NCBI RefSeq assembly: GCF_009914755.1
Contig: NC_060941.1
Direction: 5' to 3' (one strand)
Length of the DNA: 64,000 nt
DNA from: the human T2T-CHM13v2.0 reference genome, Homo sapiens
Position 1 is the first letter of the stretch. Each line of letters starts with the position of its first letter. Below, piece after piece: positions 43,232 to 54,357 of the stretch. Below the pieces are notes generated by a model. It was given only the letters and a program-made list of their open reading frames with translations, did not search any database and was not told the DNA's origin. A program made the position numbers and the translations under genes.

Positions 43232-43770
43232 TGGGAGACCAGAATATGCCTCCCCCAAATATAAAGAATTGTTGAGCTGAAGACAGTTAAGAATAAGCAG
43301 ATGCAGGAAAGCTCTCTGCCCGCCCTCCATTTGCCTAAAAGCAGGGCATAGATTTGGAAAGACAAAAGGTAACCTGGCCCCTCTCTACCAGGGAGAACAA
43401 AGCTTAACCACTGAAGACACCTTTAAATGTTTATCAGCCTGGAGATGGTACCAGAGAAATCTACATTAACAAGCTTCACTGGCTAGCCCTTATCTGCCAT
43501 TTTTTTTGCTTTTTTGCTGCTAGTAGAGACTCAAAGTCCTTTTTCTTTGTCTTGTCACTTCTCTAAAAATTTACTATTCTTTGAGGGTGCTGTATAGGCT
43601 GGAATTCAAAGCCACCTCTTTGAGAACTACTCATTCTCTAGGTGTCTTCCATGTATAAATAAAATGTACACATGCATAAACTTCTGATTTTTTTTTCTCA
43701 TTGATCGGTCATTGGTAACCCGGATCAATTCCAACTAAGAACCTCTGGGAGTTATTGTCTTTTCTCTACA
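43232..43770 (+). mobile_element. ERV1 MER34-clade solo LTR (copy C, MER34A-like)
   Basis: GAGACCAGAATATGCCTCCCCCAAATAT..GCAGATGCAGGAAAGCTCTCTGCCC..CTACA. Confidence 0.82.
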
Positions 43771-44919
43771 GCAGAAGATGGTGGGATTATCTTTTTTTTT
43801 TTCTTAAAAGAGGAGCTGCACTAAGCTTCCATGCAGATGGAAATGATCCAAATATTCATGGTATGTTTGCTTTTTTAAAAATGTCTAATTTATTTATATA
43901 ATTGTAAAGCAATATTCAATATGTTTTGTTTTGCTTTTAGAGGTAATGAAATAAAAAAATTCAGAAAGCTTCAATGATGTCCGTAAGGCCACATGGCGTG
44001 GGGAGTCAGTGACTGGATCATGGCATTACCCACGTGGCCTCCAAGAATAAGGTCTTCTTCAACCTGCCCTGCCCCACTTTCCTGATACTGATTAAAACCC
44101 GAGAAACCATTATTAAGTGGCCATATGCCAAGAACTTTGCAAAATCAGAGCAGAGTATGATCAGAAAATATTTAAACCCAGAGCAGAAAACATTTAAACC
44201 CGCTACAAAGATACGCTTCAGAGAGAAAAAAAAAAGACAAATTGTGAAATTAGCCAAGGAGCAAAAGGATTCCTTAATCCACCAACCAAGTTCACCAACA
44301 GTTAAGTGATAACTCCTTCCCCTCCCCTGCATCCTGTATTCCCCAAACAGGGCCTTATGAATGGAGGGTGGGGAATCTTAAACGTTAACTTTTCTGCACT
44401 TTTATTTTGGCTTCATTTGTAGATTTCACACTTTCTCTGCTTCCTTCCTCCAGGGTGTTTTTAATTATTGGAGATGAGAGCCAGGTGAGGAAGCAGGGCT
44501 TGGGGCTGGGTAGTAGAGGGTTCACCTAAAGGAGGGCTTTGTTGGGGATCCATTGACACCACAGGTTCCTGCAAGCCCTGCCTAGGACAGCAGATCATTT
44601 GTGGGTGAATGAGGGAGCACCCCTTGAAGCCTCTGGGCTTCGTTTTCCATGCCTTGTTTTTCCTCAGAAAGTTATCCCCACAACCCCAACCCCAAACAGC
44701 ACAAGTGAGCAGACTTTTGTTTCAAACTCCTCTAAGAATTCTCAGGAAAGTGTCTCCATTCTCCCACCTGAATTATCACCTTTTTTTCTCAGAAGGTTCT
44801 GTGCTGAGGGTAAATTGTCAGGAGGTCTAAGTTAGCCATGGCTGTGTTAGCTTAGCCGTCTTTACTATCCATGGCCACTGTCCTAGCCTCGCCAGGCTTC
44901 TCTTGGCAAGTCTGTGGCT

Positions 44920-45140
44920 TTGAGTCTATGAGTCCACAGCACTGAGCCTGGTTCTACTTCTTACTGGGTCTGTGATCTTGGTGCTTCTGAATCTCTCTAA
45001 GACTCAGTTTCCTCAAAAGGAGAGGCACTGTGATAGCTGTACTTGCCTTACAAGTTATATATATATATATTGAGCACCTACTCTGTCAGGCATGCTGTAA
45101 ACGTGCACTAGAATCCTCATAACAATCCTAAAGGCAGGAT
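44920..45140. mobile_element. MIR fragments flanking a short (TA)n
   Basis: CTGTGATCTTGG..CTCAGTTTCCTC (+) and TTGAGCACCTACTCTGTCAGGC..AATCCTCATAACAATCC (-). Confidence 0.55.
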
Positions 45141-45900
45141 TCTAACGTCATCAACAAGGAAAAACATTCTATTTTCTCCAGGGAGGCAATGCTTTTCCTA
45201 AAAAGTTGAGAATTTAGACCTGGACTTGGCTGAGCTGTTTTACTGATTTTTGCAAGAGCAAGAGTAAGGTGACCCATGCAGGGAAAATCATCCTAGACTA
45301 AACTTCTAAAACCATACGTGTTGCCTATCGGTTATAACCCAGGTGGGGCATCTTTTCTGCTGCGACATGTGTACCCGTCAGCCAACGTGTGATGAGCTCT
45401 CACGTTCAGACCTTGGTCTGTCAGCTGTCACCACTCCCTTATCTCATGCTGGAAAGGCACACCAAAATACAGGCGAGTGAAAGCCATATTTATGCGGGGA
45501 AAACTTGGGATTTGCCCTAATTTTCAAAAAGAGTGAATTTGAAACTTAGGCATTTAAATTAATTATTGTGTAATATATTACACGTGTTGGATTAGCTTCT
45601 CGTTAAAGCTGTGTGTGGTGTTGGAAGGTTCTTCAGTGTTTTAAGCAGGATCTGCAGGAAACAGCACCACGTATAAGACGAGATCTTTCTCTTGCAAGAC
45701 GAGATCTTTCTCATGCTCTGAGAAAACCGGAAGTTTCTTTGGGCAGGCAGTTAGGATGACTCCAATTGACCTCGGTGTGTATGTAGATCTGGCCCTGTGG
45801 GAGTTTATGACATTTAGAGACCTACAAATCTCCTGACATTCTGGGTCCTGAAACTGTTCCCCACAGCACCGTAGATCTGGCGAAAAGCTGTGTTTGTGTC
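45095..45900. promoter_or_regulatory. Candidate enhancer (CpG-retaining, ACGTG/ETS motif cluster)
   Basis: Six ACGTG cores, ACCGGAAGT at 45726-45734, ~17 CpG in 45300-45900. Confidence 0.4.
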
Positions 45901-46179
45901 CTGTTTCCTAAGAGAATAACATTTTAAGCCAGTTGTCCAGGAATTCTTTCAAGGCAATCTTCTAAGTACTCATAGAATAAACAACTCTTGCTTTCTGCTT
46001 TACTCAAATAATTTGTGTCAAAGAAATTCTCAGTTAAGCATGAAAGGGAGCTTGATTTGAAGTCCAAGCTCTGGCTCCAACAGTTTTTTTTTATATTTAG
46101 ATTCATCAGCTGCAGATAAAGGGGCTGGATGGCCCCTAAAGTACCTGCCAGCTCTGCCTTTCTAGGATGCCAGTGATTT

Positions 46180-46350
46180 TGATAACATTTATTGACTGCC
46201 CACTGTGTTTCAGGAATTGTTTTGTTGTTTTAAGTGCTATACTATTATTAGCTCATTTACTCCTCTTGGTAATTCTTTGATGAAGGTGGTATTTGTACTT
46301 CCATTATACAAGTGAGGAATCAAAGGGAGAAACAGAAACCTCTAAGTTCA
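46180..46350 (-). mobile_element. MIR
   Basis: AACATTTATTGA..CTCATTTA..TACAAGTGAGGAA. Confidence 0.6.
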
Positions 46351-46415
46351 CTTTGTGAAATGGGATTCTCACCTTTGCAACATGGCTCTGGAGACTTGCT
46401 CTTCACAATGACAGT

Positions 46416-47281
46416 TGCAAGAGAAAAAAATTACCCAATGACACTCGGTAAAGCATGGTAAGTGTATTCGTCCATTTCCATGCTGTGATACAGACATACC
46501 TGAGACTTGGTAATTTATAAAGAAAAAGAGGTTTAATGAACTTACAGTTCCACATGGCTGGGGAGGCCTCACAATCATGGTGGAAGTCGAAAGGCATGTC
46601 TTAGTTGCCTTATGACGGCAGCCAAGAGAGAATGAGAACCAAGTGAAAGGGGAAATCCCTTATAAAACCATCAGATCTTGTGAGACTTATTCACTACAAT
46701 GAGAAAAATATGGGGGAATGGGGGAAACCACCCCCACGATTCAATTATCTCTCACCAGGTCCCTCCTACAACACGTGGGGATTATGAGAGCTACAACTCA
46801 AGATAAGATTTGGATGGGGACACAGCCAAACCATATCAGTAAGGAAGACTACTCAGGACCATTGTGACAGGCACATGGACCACTTCAACAGGGTCTTGCA
46901 GCTGGGGAGAGAGACTGGGCTCAACTTTGAATACAGCATGGGCAAGTGGGAGTTTATAGCCAAAGAACAGGGTGAGGGTCAGTGGGTGGAAAATTACCAA
47001 CAGGAAACAATACGAGTAAGGGGGATCCTGGCTAAACCCACCTAACAGGATTCTTGCTGAAGACAGGCCAGGGTGACCTGACATCACCTGGTGGGTGGTG
47101 GAGGATGGGGAACCTGAACACATATCAAGGATGATTAGATACCCAGGACTGGGTGGTTCTGGCTAAACTGACTTACCAGGGTTCTTTGCTAAAACTGGAT
47201 TTTACAAGAAAGCGCATAGATGGGCCTAGGAGAAAATTCAGAAGTCCAACTAAAGTTTGGCCAAGCACATAATCTTTGTCA
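46416..47281 (-). mobile_element. ERV1 MER31/MER67-type solo LTR, split by THE1
   Basis: Reverse strand TGACAAAGATT..CTTGGCCAAACTTTAG..CTCCTAGGCCCATCT..GTAAAATCCAGTTTTAGCAAAGAACCCTG; flanks CAGT/CACT. Confidence 0.78.
46463..46838 (-). mobile_element. THE1B-like MaLR solo LTR
   Basis: CAGTTCCACATGGCTGGGGAGGCCTCACAATCATGG..GGGGACACAGCCAAACCATATCA; perfect 5-bp TSD GTAAG. Confidence 0.92.
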
Positions 47282-47292
47282 CACTGGACTGC

Positions 47293-47295
<3 letters not shown>

Positions 47296-47326
<31 letters not shown>

Positions 47327-47588
47327 AGATGGAATCTTGCTCCGTCACCCAGGTGATCTCGGCTCACTGCAACCTCTGCCTCCCGGGTTTTAAGCAATTC
47401 TGTGCCTCAGCCTCTCGATAGCTGGGATTACAGGCATGTGCCACCATGCCTGGTTAATTTTTGTATTTTTAGTAGAGACGAGGTTTCACCATCTTGGGCA
47501 GGTTGGTCTTGAACTCCTGACCTCGTGATCCACCCGCCTCAGTCTCCCAAAGTGCTGGGATTACAGGCGTGAGCCACGGTGTCCGGCC
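47296..47588 (-). mobile_element. AluSg-like with right-arm deletion
   Basis: T30 tail; CCCAGG|TGATCTC deletion; TSD TGGACTGCCAATTTT. Confidence 0.92.
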
Positions 47589-47932
47589 TGGACTGCCAAT
47601 TTTATGAGGCTATAATAGAAATGAGAAGTAAGGCAATGAGTGAATAATAATCATTTATCACTATCAAATCGATAGCCAGTATTTATTTTGCAAAAGGATA
47701 TGACATTTTGTTTGAAACATAGTCACCTAGTTTACAGACTTGAATTCTGCACATTTTCTTAGCACAGGAATTAATTTCTTAAGAAACAACAACACTAAGG
47801 GGCTATTAAAATGCTCTGGTTGGATGATAATTTGATAATAGATCATTTTGCTTGAAATAGATGGGCTCTTAAGTTAGGCTTAGACAAGGATTCTTTTTCT
47901 TTGCTCTTCACATTTAATACTGATTGATCAAT

Positions 47933-48520
47933 GATAGACAGAAAAAGGAAAGTGATATACAAAACACAGAAGTGAGGTACAGAAACAGCCGTATTGGGGC
48001 TGGGTGCAGTGCCACATGCCTGTAACCCCAGCACTTTGGGAGGCCGAGGTGGGCAGACCACTTGAGGCCAGGAGTTTGAGACTGGCCTGGGCTACATGGT
48101 GAAACCCCATCTCAACTAAAAATACAAAAATTAGCCGGGCATGGTAGTGTGTAGTCCTAGCTACTCGGGAGGCTGAGGCAGAAGAATCATTTGAACCCAG
48201 GTGTTTGAGGCTGCAGTGAGTTGAGATCACGCCATTGCACTCTAGCCTGGGAGACAGAGTGAGACCCTGTCTCAAAAAACAAACAACAAACAAACAAACA
48301 AACGAAACAGCCAGCTTGGTTATAGCTCAGCATTTGTCTTATTTGAACACAGTTTGAACAGTTGGCTGCCTTTATTGGCCAAAACTCAGTGATTGGCATA
48401 AGAGTAAGTTATAGTCTCTGTATACCTCCAGTCAGACTGTAGTTCACTATGCATAGAAAAACCTGTAGGCCAAACTTAAAATAGGTAAGGAGACACCTTT
48501 AGGCTAAAGTTAATTTAACA
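47933..48520 (-). mobile_element. ERV1 MER57-like LTR (5' half), split by Alu
   Basis: Reverse strand TGTTAAATTAACTTTAGCCTAAAG..CCAATCACTGAGTTTTGGCCAAT..GTTCAAATAAG. Confidence 0.8.
47998..48303 (+). mobile_element. Alu (J/Sx-like)
   Basis: (CAAA)n tail; TSD GAAACAGCC. Confidence 0.9.
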
Positions 48521-50121
48521 AGTTTATTTACAACCTCTGTGCTACAGGGTTTTTTTGCCTCCAACTGCAGCATTTGAAGTTGTTCCTGGGGGTCCAGGGT
48601 GTGCTCGTGAGGAAGGATAGTCCTGGCCCCGTGAGAGGGTCTTCAGGCCTGGGGAGGCATCCATTGTGCTGCTTCTTTCTTGCGCTCTGTTGCTTCCTCA
48701 GCTAGGCGCTGCATCCTGCCCTCCCCTGGACACTGCAGCTATTCACACACCAGGGCTCTGGAGGGACTCGGGCCCCAGAGTGGGGAGAATCCTCCTCTTC
48801 CTCTCTGATACCCTCTCTTTATTAGGTGACAGAATGGTGTTTCCTCCGCTAGAGTGCTGGGAGCTTTCAGTCCTAACAGAACTTGATTTTAGTCTCTTTG
48901 AAAAGCAAGTATGAGTCCAGTCCGGGGAGGCTGGCCTGGAAACAATGGCTTGCTGTACACACCATCATTTTTCTCCTCTGATTGGGAAACCCTTGTTACG
49001 GGTCACACTGCCTCCCTGACACTTTTCTTTTCCACTGAGTTCTGCCTGGACCCTCAGGCTTTCCGAATATAGATTTCTGGCCAACAGCCCCCAAATTGTG
49101 TTAGGCATGCTTGAACATGCCTGAACGTGGAGTAGAAACAGCTTAGGTCCAGGCTGGGGATAACAGAGCAACCCACATAAGGCTTATTTCCTTAAAAAAA
49201 TAGATTGATTTGTTTAAAATTCAATTTCCTGTTAAAGGAATTCCCAAGTCCAGTATCCACTGCTCTTCTCTGCAAAATTTTAAAGAAATTATTACTTAAA
49301 AATAATTTGTCTAAAGAGACTCTTGACTACAGTTAATATTTTTAACAAATATTTTTGGTTTCTTTAGAAAAGAGGGTTTTTTTCTTTTCTTCTTGTTTTT
49401 TGGTGGAGCGGGGACAGTCTGGTGATAAGTATCAGCTGCCTGAGCTCTGTTTATGGGGTGCGGTGGTACCAGCAGATCTGCCAAACACAGGCTTTCAATG
49501 AACCCGTTCATTTTAGGCAGCCACGCTTCCCCTCCGTGAGTTACATTGTGCAGATGGTCCCCGGTCTTCTCTCTAACTCCCTCCTGTGCTCCAAGCTGCT
49601 GCATTCAGCCGCCTGTTGCTCTGCCCATCCCACCTGCCAACACTCAGGCATCCCTTCTATGTCTTCTGGAAATTTGTTGAAATTAGTGATTTCCCCCCTT
49701 CCTGTTCTTTTAATTGCTCAAGGATAATATTTTTATAACGTCTCATTTTTATTTCAGAGAACTTTCAGAAAGGCACCATCGGTCTTGAGCTGGAAGCCCG
49801 CCTTTTCGGTTTTGAAGAGAGAAGAGGTGGAGGAGGATGTGTGCTCCATGAAGACGTGTTCACAGAATCTAACTTGCTATGGAGTGGCCAGAGGGCTCGA
49901 CGAAGATGCCAACTGCCTTCAGATGTCTCCAGCTCCTATCACGGCTGTGTGAAGCTATAGGCTGTGGTAAAGACCAACCAGGGGAGAACAAGCAAAGGCC
50001 ATTTATTCAGAGGCTGCTGTATCAGGGGAGTCAGCCACCCATACATGTCTTATGGAAAGCTGCTTCTGCCCCAACCCTGTTTTAGCTAGTCTTCAGTTTA
50101 ATCTGATATCCGGTACCACCT

Positions 50122-51031
50122 CCTACCCCATTTCTACCCATCTTAGGTTCATTGGCTGGGACGCCTGTGACAAAAGACAGATTAACAAGAGAAAGGTACA
50201 CAAATTTATTTAATATGTGTTATGTGACACAGGAGCCTTCAAAAGGAAATGAAGTTCTGAAGAAACAGCTAAACCTGAATGGTTTTTGTCGTAGATTTGA
50301 GAAGAATGAAGCATTGTGGGAAAATATGACAAAGTAAAGAAAAAGAATGAGAGAAATGTAATAAATCGGGGAATCTTAGAAAAGCCTGTTTGCTCAGATT
50401 ACTCTCTGTGTCCCTTCAAAGAGATAATACCCAATGCTTGTTTCCCCTGTGTATAGGGAGGACCCCTCGCACAAAAGGGTTTTGATCTGCTTCAAGGGAA
50501 GGTCAGACAGAGAGTCTTTTCCTGTCCATGTACTTTCTCAAATTCCTTCAGCTTAAAATCAACATGTCAAGGTGCCATACTTTAAAGTAGTGATATGGTT
50601 TGGATCTGTGTCCCCACCAAATCTCCTGTTGAATTATAATCCCCAGTGTTGGAGGTGGGGCCTAGTGAGAAGTGATTGGGTCATGGGAGTGGAGTTGTCA
50701 TGAATAAGTTAGCACTACCCTCTCAGTCCTGTTCTCCTGATAGCGTGTGAGTGAGTTATCATGAGATTTAGTTGCTTAAAAGTCGGTAGCACCTCCCCAA
50801 CCTTCCTCCTGCCCTGGCCATGTGAAGTGTCGGCTCCTCGACTTTGCCTCCCGCCATAATTGTAAGTTTCCTAAGGCCTCCCCAGAAGCTGATGCCGCCA
50901 TTCTTTCCGGACAGCCTGCAGGATTGTGAGCCAATTAAGCCTTTTTTCTTTATAAATGATGCAGTCTCAGGCATTTCTTTATAGCAATAAAAGAATAGAC
51001 TAATACAGGTAGTATGTGCTGAAACTCATCG
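50122..51031 (-). mobile_element. ERV1 MER34-clade LTR (copy D), split by MSTA
   Basis: GACAGATTAACAAGAGAAAG..TCTCAAATTCCTTCAGCTTAAAAT..AAGGTGCCATA; aligns to copies A/G/I. Confidence 0.8.
50591..51007 (+). mobile_element. MSTA-like MaLR solo LTR
   Basis: TGATATGGTTTGGATCTGTGTCCCCACC..GACTAATACA; TSD AGTAG/GGTAG. Confidence 0.9.
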
Positions 51032-51034
51032 CAG

Positions 51035-51312
51035 GTTATCAAAAAATGACCAGGAAGGGTATGGTAACCTAGGGTTGTTTAATAGGTCTTGTGATGCCGA
51101 TTTTAGCCTGGCCTTCTTCATTGGTAAGAGTTGTTAAGCATCTTCTTTCTGGCACAGGAGAGGGAGACATCTTTTCCAAATGTAAATTTCCTTTACAAAA
51201 GGAAGACGTATTAGAGCTTTTCCTGGATCTACTGGTTCTCAATGGCCTTTAGTTCAAAATTGTCCATATGCCAAAGAGGCATATTTTGGGTGGCATGCTT
51301 TGCTACCCTTCA
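51035..51312 (-). mobile_element. ERV1 MER34/MER39-clade LTR, 5' part (copy E)
   Basis: ATATGCCAAAGAGGCATATTTTGGGTGGCA..CCCTTCA. Confidence 0.7.
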
Positions 51313-51329
51313 AAGCCAAATCTGCACTC

Positions 51330-51744
51330 CTACCTGATCACATAAGACACCTTGCTTCCACCAGTGTGCCACATCAGTTTACCATTGTCATGGCAACACC
51401 CAGGAGTTACTGCCCCTTTCCATGACAATGATCTGGTGACCCAAAAGTTACTACCCCTTCCCTAGAAATTTCTGCATAAACCACTCCTTAATCTGCATGC
51501 AATTAAAGGTAGGTATAAATATGACTGCAAAACTGCCCTGAGCTGCTACCCTGACTGTGGGGTAGCCCTGCTCTGCAGGAGCAGTCACGGAGCTGTAACA
51601 CTGCCAGAGTTGTAACACTGCTGCTTCAATAAAGCTGTTTTCTTCTACCTCTGGCTGGCCCTTTAATTCTTTCCTAGGCAAAGCCAAGAACCTTGTGGGC
51701 TAAGCTCTGCTTTGGGCCTCACCCACACTACATCGCACTACATC
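51330..51744 (+). mobile_element. MER41-family LTR (MER41E-like), 5'-truncated
   Basis: CAGTTTACCATTGTCATGGCAACACCC, GGGGTAGCCCTGCTCTGCAGGAGCAGTCACGG, CAATAAAGC, AAGCCAAGAACC. Confidence 0.78.
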
Positions 51745-52002
51745 AGAAGGAACATATATTTTTCCTCTTTTATACTTTCCTCCCTCACCCTGAAGCCCTA
51801 AACACCTTTTCCTTTGTTTGGCCTAAGATAACCTTTAGGTTACTCATCACTGCCTACTCCCACGTGTATGTGTGATGCACATGTCAGTAAACATCATCTG
51901 TTTTATTTCTTGTTAACCTTTTACTTGCCTAATGTATAGGGCTCCAGCTGGAGAAGCTACAATGGGTAAAGAAAGATGATTATTATTTTTTTCTCCCCTA
52001 CA
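51745..52002 (+). mobile_element. ERV1 MER34/MER39-clade LTR, 3' part (copy F)
   Basis: TTTCTTGTTAA..GGGCTCCAGC..ATGGGTAAAGAAAG..TTCTCCCCTACA. Confidence 0.65.
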
Positions 52003-52359
52003 GCTTTGCCTCGTTGGTCCAGAGTTAGAAGCAGGGACAAAAATTAGAGAACTGTCAGTTATCAATCAAGTCCTGGTCATTTGGCCAATTGCTATAGGGG
52101 TTATTGCTTTGGCTTCCTGGATTGTTGGTAGAGATAGCAGTCTGACTTCCTGCAAGTCTGAATTATGGCACGCTGGCTTCCTTGGGTGGTTATTGTAGAT
52201 AAGGAGTTGGTTTCCTGGGTAGGTTGCTGCAGGTTGTGGGTCAGAGGTCTATTTTTATATACTGTCTGGCCATTGTCCATGGGTACATTCAGTTTCTCAT
52301 GACTATAACTGATTTGGAAATTTTATTCATCTTGGGTTTTCAAGAGTAATAGATAAAAT

Positions 52360-52550
52360 TTTTTGGTAGTGCCAGGCATTTCATGCATATTATCTCATTT
52401 AATCACCGTGCCAGCTCCTCAGTGGGTTAATATTTACCTTATTTTTTGGAACAGAAAATGGAGGCAAAGAGCCTGAAAAATTTGCCAAGATCAAAACACC
52501 TCAGGAGTAGCAGAGCTGAGGTTTTGAACCTAAGTCTAATTCTTTTGAAG
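52360..52550 (-). mobile_element. MIR
   Basis: GTGCCAGGCA..ATCTCATTTAATC..GGAGGCAAAGAG..TTTGAACC. Confidence 0.65.
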
Positions 52551-52729
52551 CTCATCCCTTCTTCTAGATGTGTGACAGAACTTCTCAAGCCACGAATTGT
52601 GGCAGTAACCAGGCTGTGGGACTGGTGGATCAGGGAACATGAGTCCCCTTCAATGTGGCTCTCTTGTCTGCATGCCAGGGGGCTTTCCAGCAAATCCATA
52701 GTTGGTTCCAGTCCTCCCTTCAGCCGCTT

Positions 52730-53740
52730 TTATTTTTTTATATTTTTTAATTGTGCAAAGTACACATAAAATAAAATTTACCATTTTAATGTGTACAATT
52801 CATCAGCATTAAGTACATTCAAATATTTTGCAGCCATCATCAGAACTTTATCATCATCCCAAATGGAAACCCATACCCTTTGGCAGTCACTCTCCCTTTT
52901 CCCTTCCTTTCCACCCTGTGGAGAGGAGGAAAAATATCTTTTTTCTCTACCTGTCCTCCATTCCTGGCTGAGGTCCCACACCAAAAAGGAGATTAATAGG
53001 AGAAAAGCAAACAAATGTATTTAATATAAGTTTTGTGTGACACAGTAAACTTCATAAGAAAATAGAGTCCCGAGAAATAGCCAAACCTGAATAGTTTTAT
53101 GCTAGGTTTGATGAAGAATGGACCATCATGGAGAAATAGAACAAAAAGAGTGTGATCTAACAGCGATAAACTGGGAGGAACTTAGCAAGGTCTATTTGTT
53201 CAAAATCAGTGTCCTTGTGTTTTCAGAGAGGAAGATGTTTCTTTCCTCTGGGTATAGGAGGGCACCTCTCACATGAGACTCTTATGACCTGCTTCAGGGG
53301 AAGGTCAGAAAATCCTTCCTGCACATACTTTCTCAAATTCCTTTAGCTTAAAATATTCCTTCAGCTTAAAATATTCACTGTGCCAAGGTGCCATATTTTG
53401 GCGGTAATGTGTCTTGAAATTCTGTCATCTGGAAATCACGAATCTACTTTCTGCCTTGTGGATTTGCCTATTCTGAATATTTTATATGAATGAAATCATA
53501 TTCTAATCATATACTAAGAGGCCTTTTGTGTCTGGCTTACTTCACTTCGTGTAAGATTTTCCAGGTCCATCCGTGTTGTAGCCTGTGTAAGTACCTCATT
53601 CCTTTATTTAAGGCTGAGTACTATTCTGACATATGGATATGACACATTGGTTTATCCAGCCATCTGTAGATGGACACTTGTTTCTACCTTTTGCTACTGG
53701 GAGACATTATGCTGTGAACATAGGAGTATAAGTTTTTGTC
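52730..53740 (-). mobile_element. L1MB-like 3' end, split by MER34-clade LTR
   Basis: AAATTTACCATTTTAA..GCATTAAGTACATTCA; resumes AATCTACTTTCTG..GATTTGCCTATTCTG. Confidence 0.8.
52917..53427 (-). mobile_element. ERV1 MER34-clade solo LTR (copy G)
   Basis: TG..CA termini, full length, aligns to A/D/I; internal 18-bp tandem duplication at 53337-53372. Confidence 0.85.
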
Positions 53741-53829
53741 TGGACCTCCAGCAGCTTTGGCTCTGTGCTCCCAGAGAGCTCACTGTATCATCATCCCCTT
53801 GTTTCTCTACCAGACCTAGAATTCTTCCA

Positions 53830-54127
53830 TTTTATTTTTTTGAGAGCAAGTATCGCTCTGTTGCCCAAGCTGGAGTGCAGTGGTGTGATCTCAGCTCACT
53901 GCAACCTCCGCCTCCCAAGTTCAAGTGATTCTCCTGCCTCAGCCTCCTGAGTAGCTGGAATTATGGGCACCTGCCACCATGTACGGCAAATTTTTGTATT
54001 TTTAGTAGAGACACGGTCTCACCATGTTGGCCAGGTTGCTCTTGAACTCCTGACCTCAGGTGATCCACCCGTCTTGGCCTCCCAAAGTGCTGGGATTACA
54101 GGCCTGAGCCACCACGCCCTGCCCAGA
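53830..54127 (-). mobile_element. AluS
   Basis: Full antisense Alu. Confidence 0.9.
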
Positions 54128-54357
54128 CCTGGGATTCAACCCTGGGGCAGTCCATCTTCTGGAACAGGTAGGGCAGGCTGTGGAGGTAAGCAGGAGAGCT
54201 CTAGGAAGTACCTTGAGTGAACTCCATGCAGGTGCCCCTTCTGTGACTGAAAGTTATACCACGTAAAATATTTTCTTAGGCTGAATGCCTGACCCTTTCT
54301 CTGCCTGTCAAACTGTGACTCACCTTTTACATCTGGTTCAAATGTCACTTCTCTGAC

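Larger units (their letters stand above)
49963..52299 (-). mobile_element. MER110/MER89-like LTR (outer element; pieces 49963-~50060 and ~52003-52299) hosting nested LTRs
   Basis: Both pieces are reverse-complement matches to the two ends of the 40735-41932 LTR. Confidence 0.65.

Noticed and set aside
44034-44309. 91-aa lysine-rich ORF in unique DNA
   Set aside because: GTG start, A-rich bias, no recognisable homology or splice context
50122-53427. Copies D and G as paired LTRs of one provirus
   Set aside because: No PBS or internal ERV sequence between them; G sits inside a continuous L1MB, so it is an independent solo LTR
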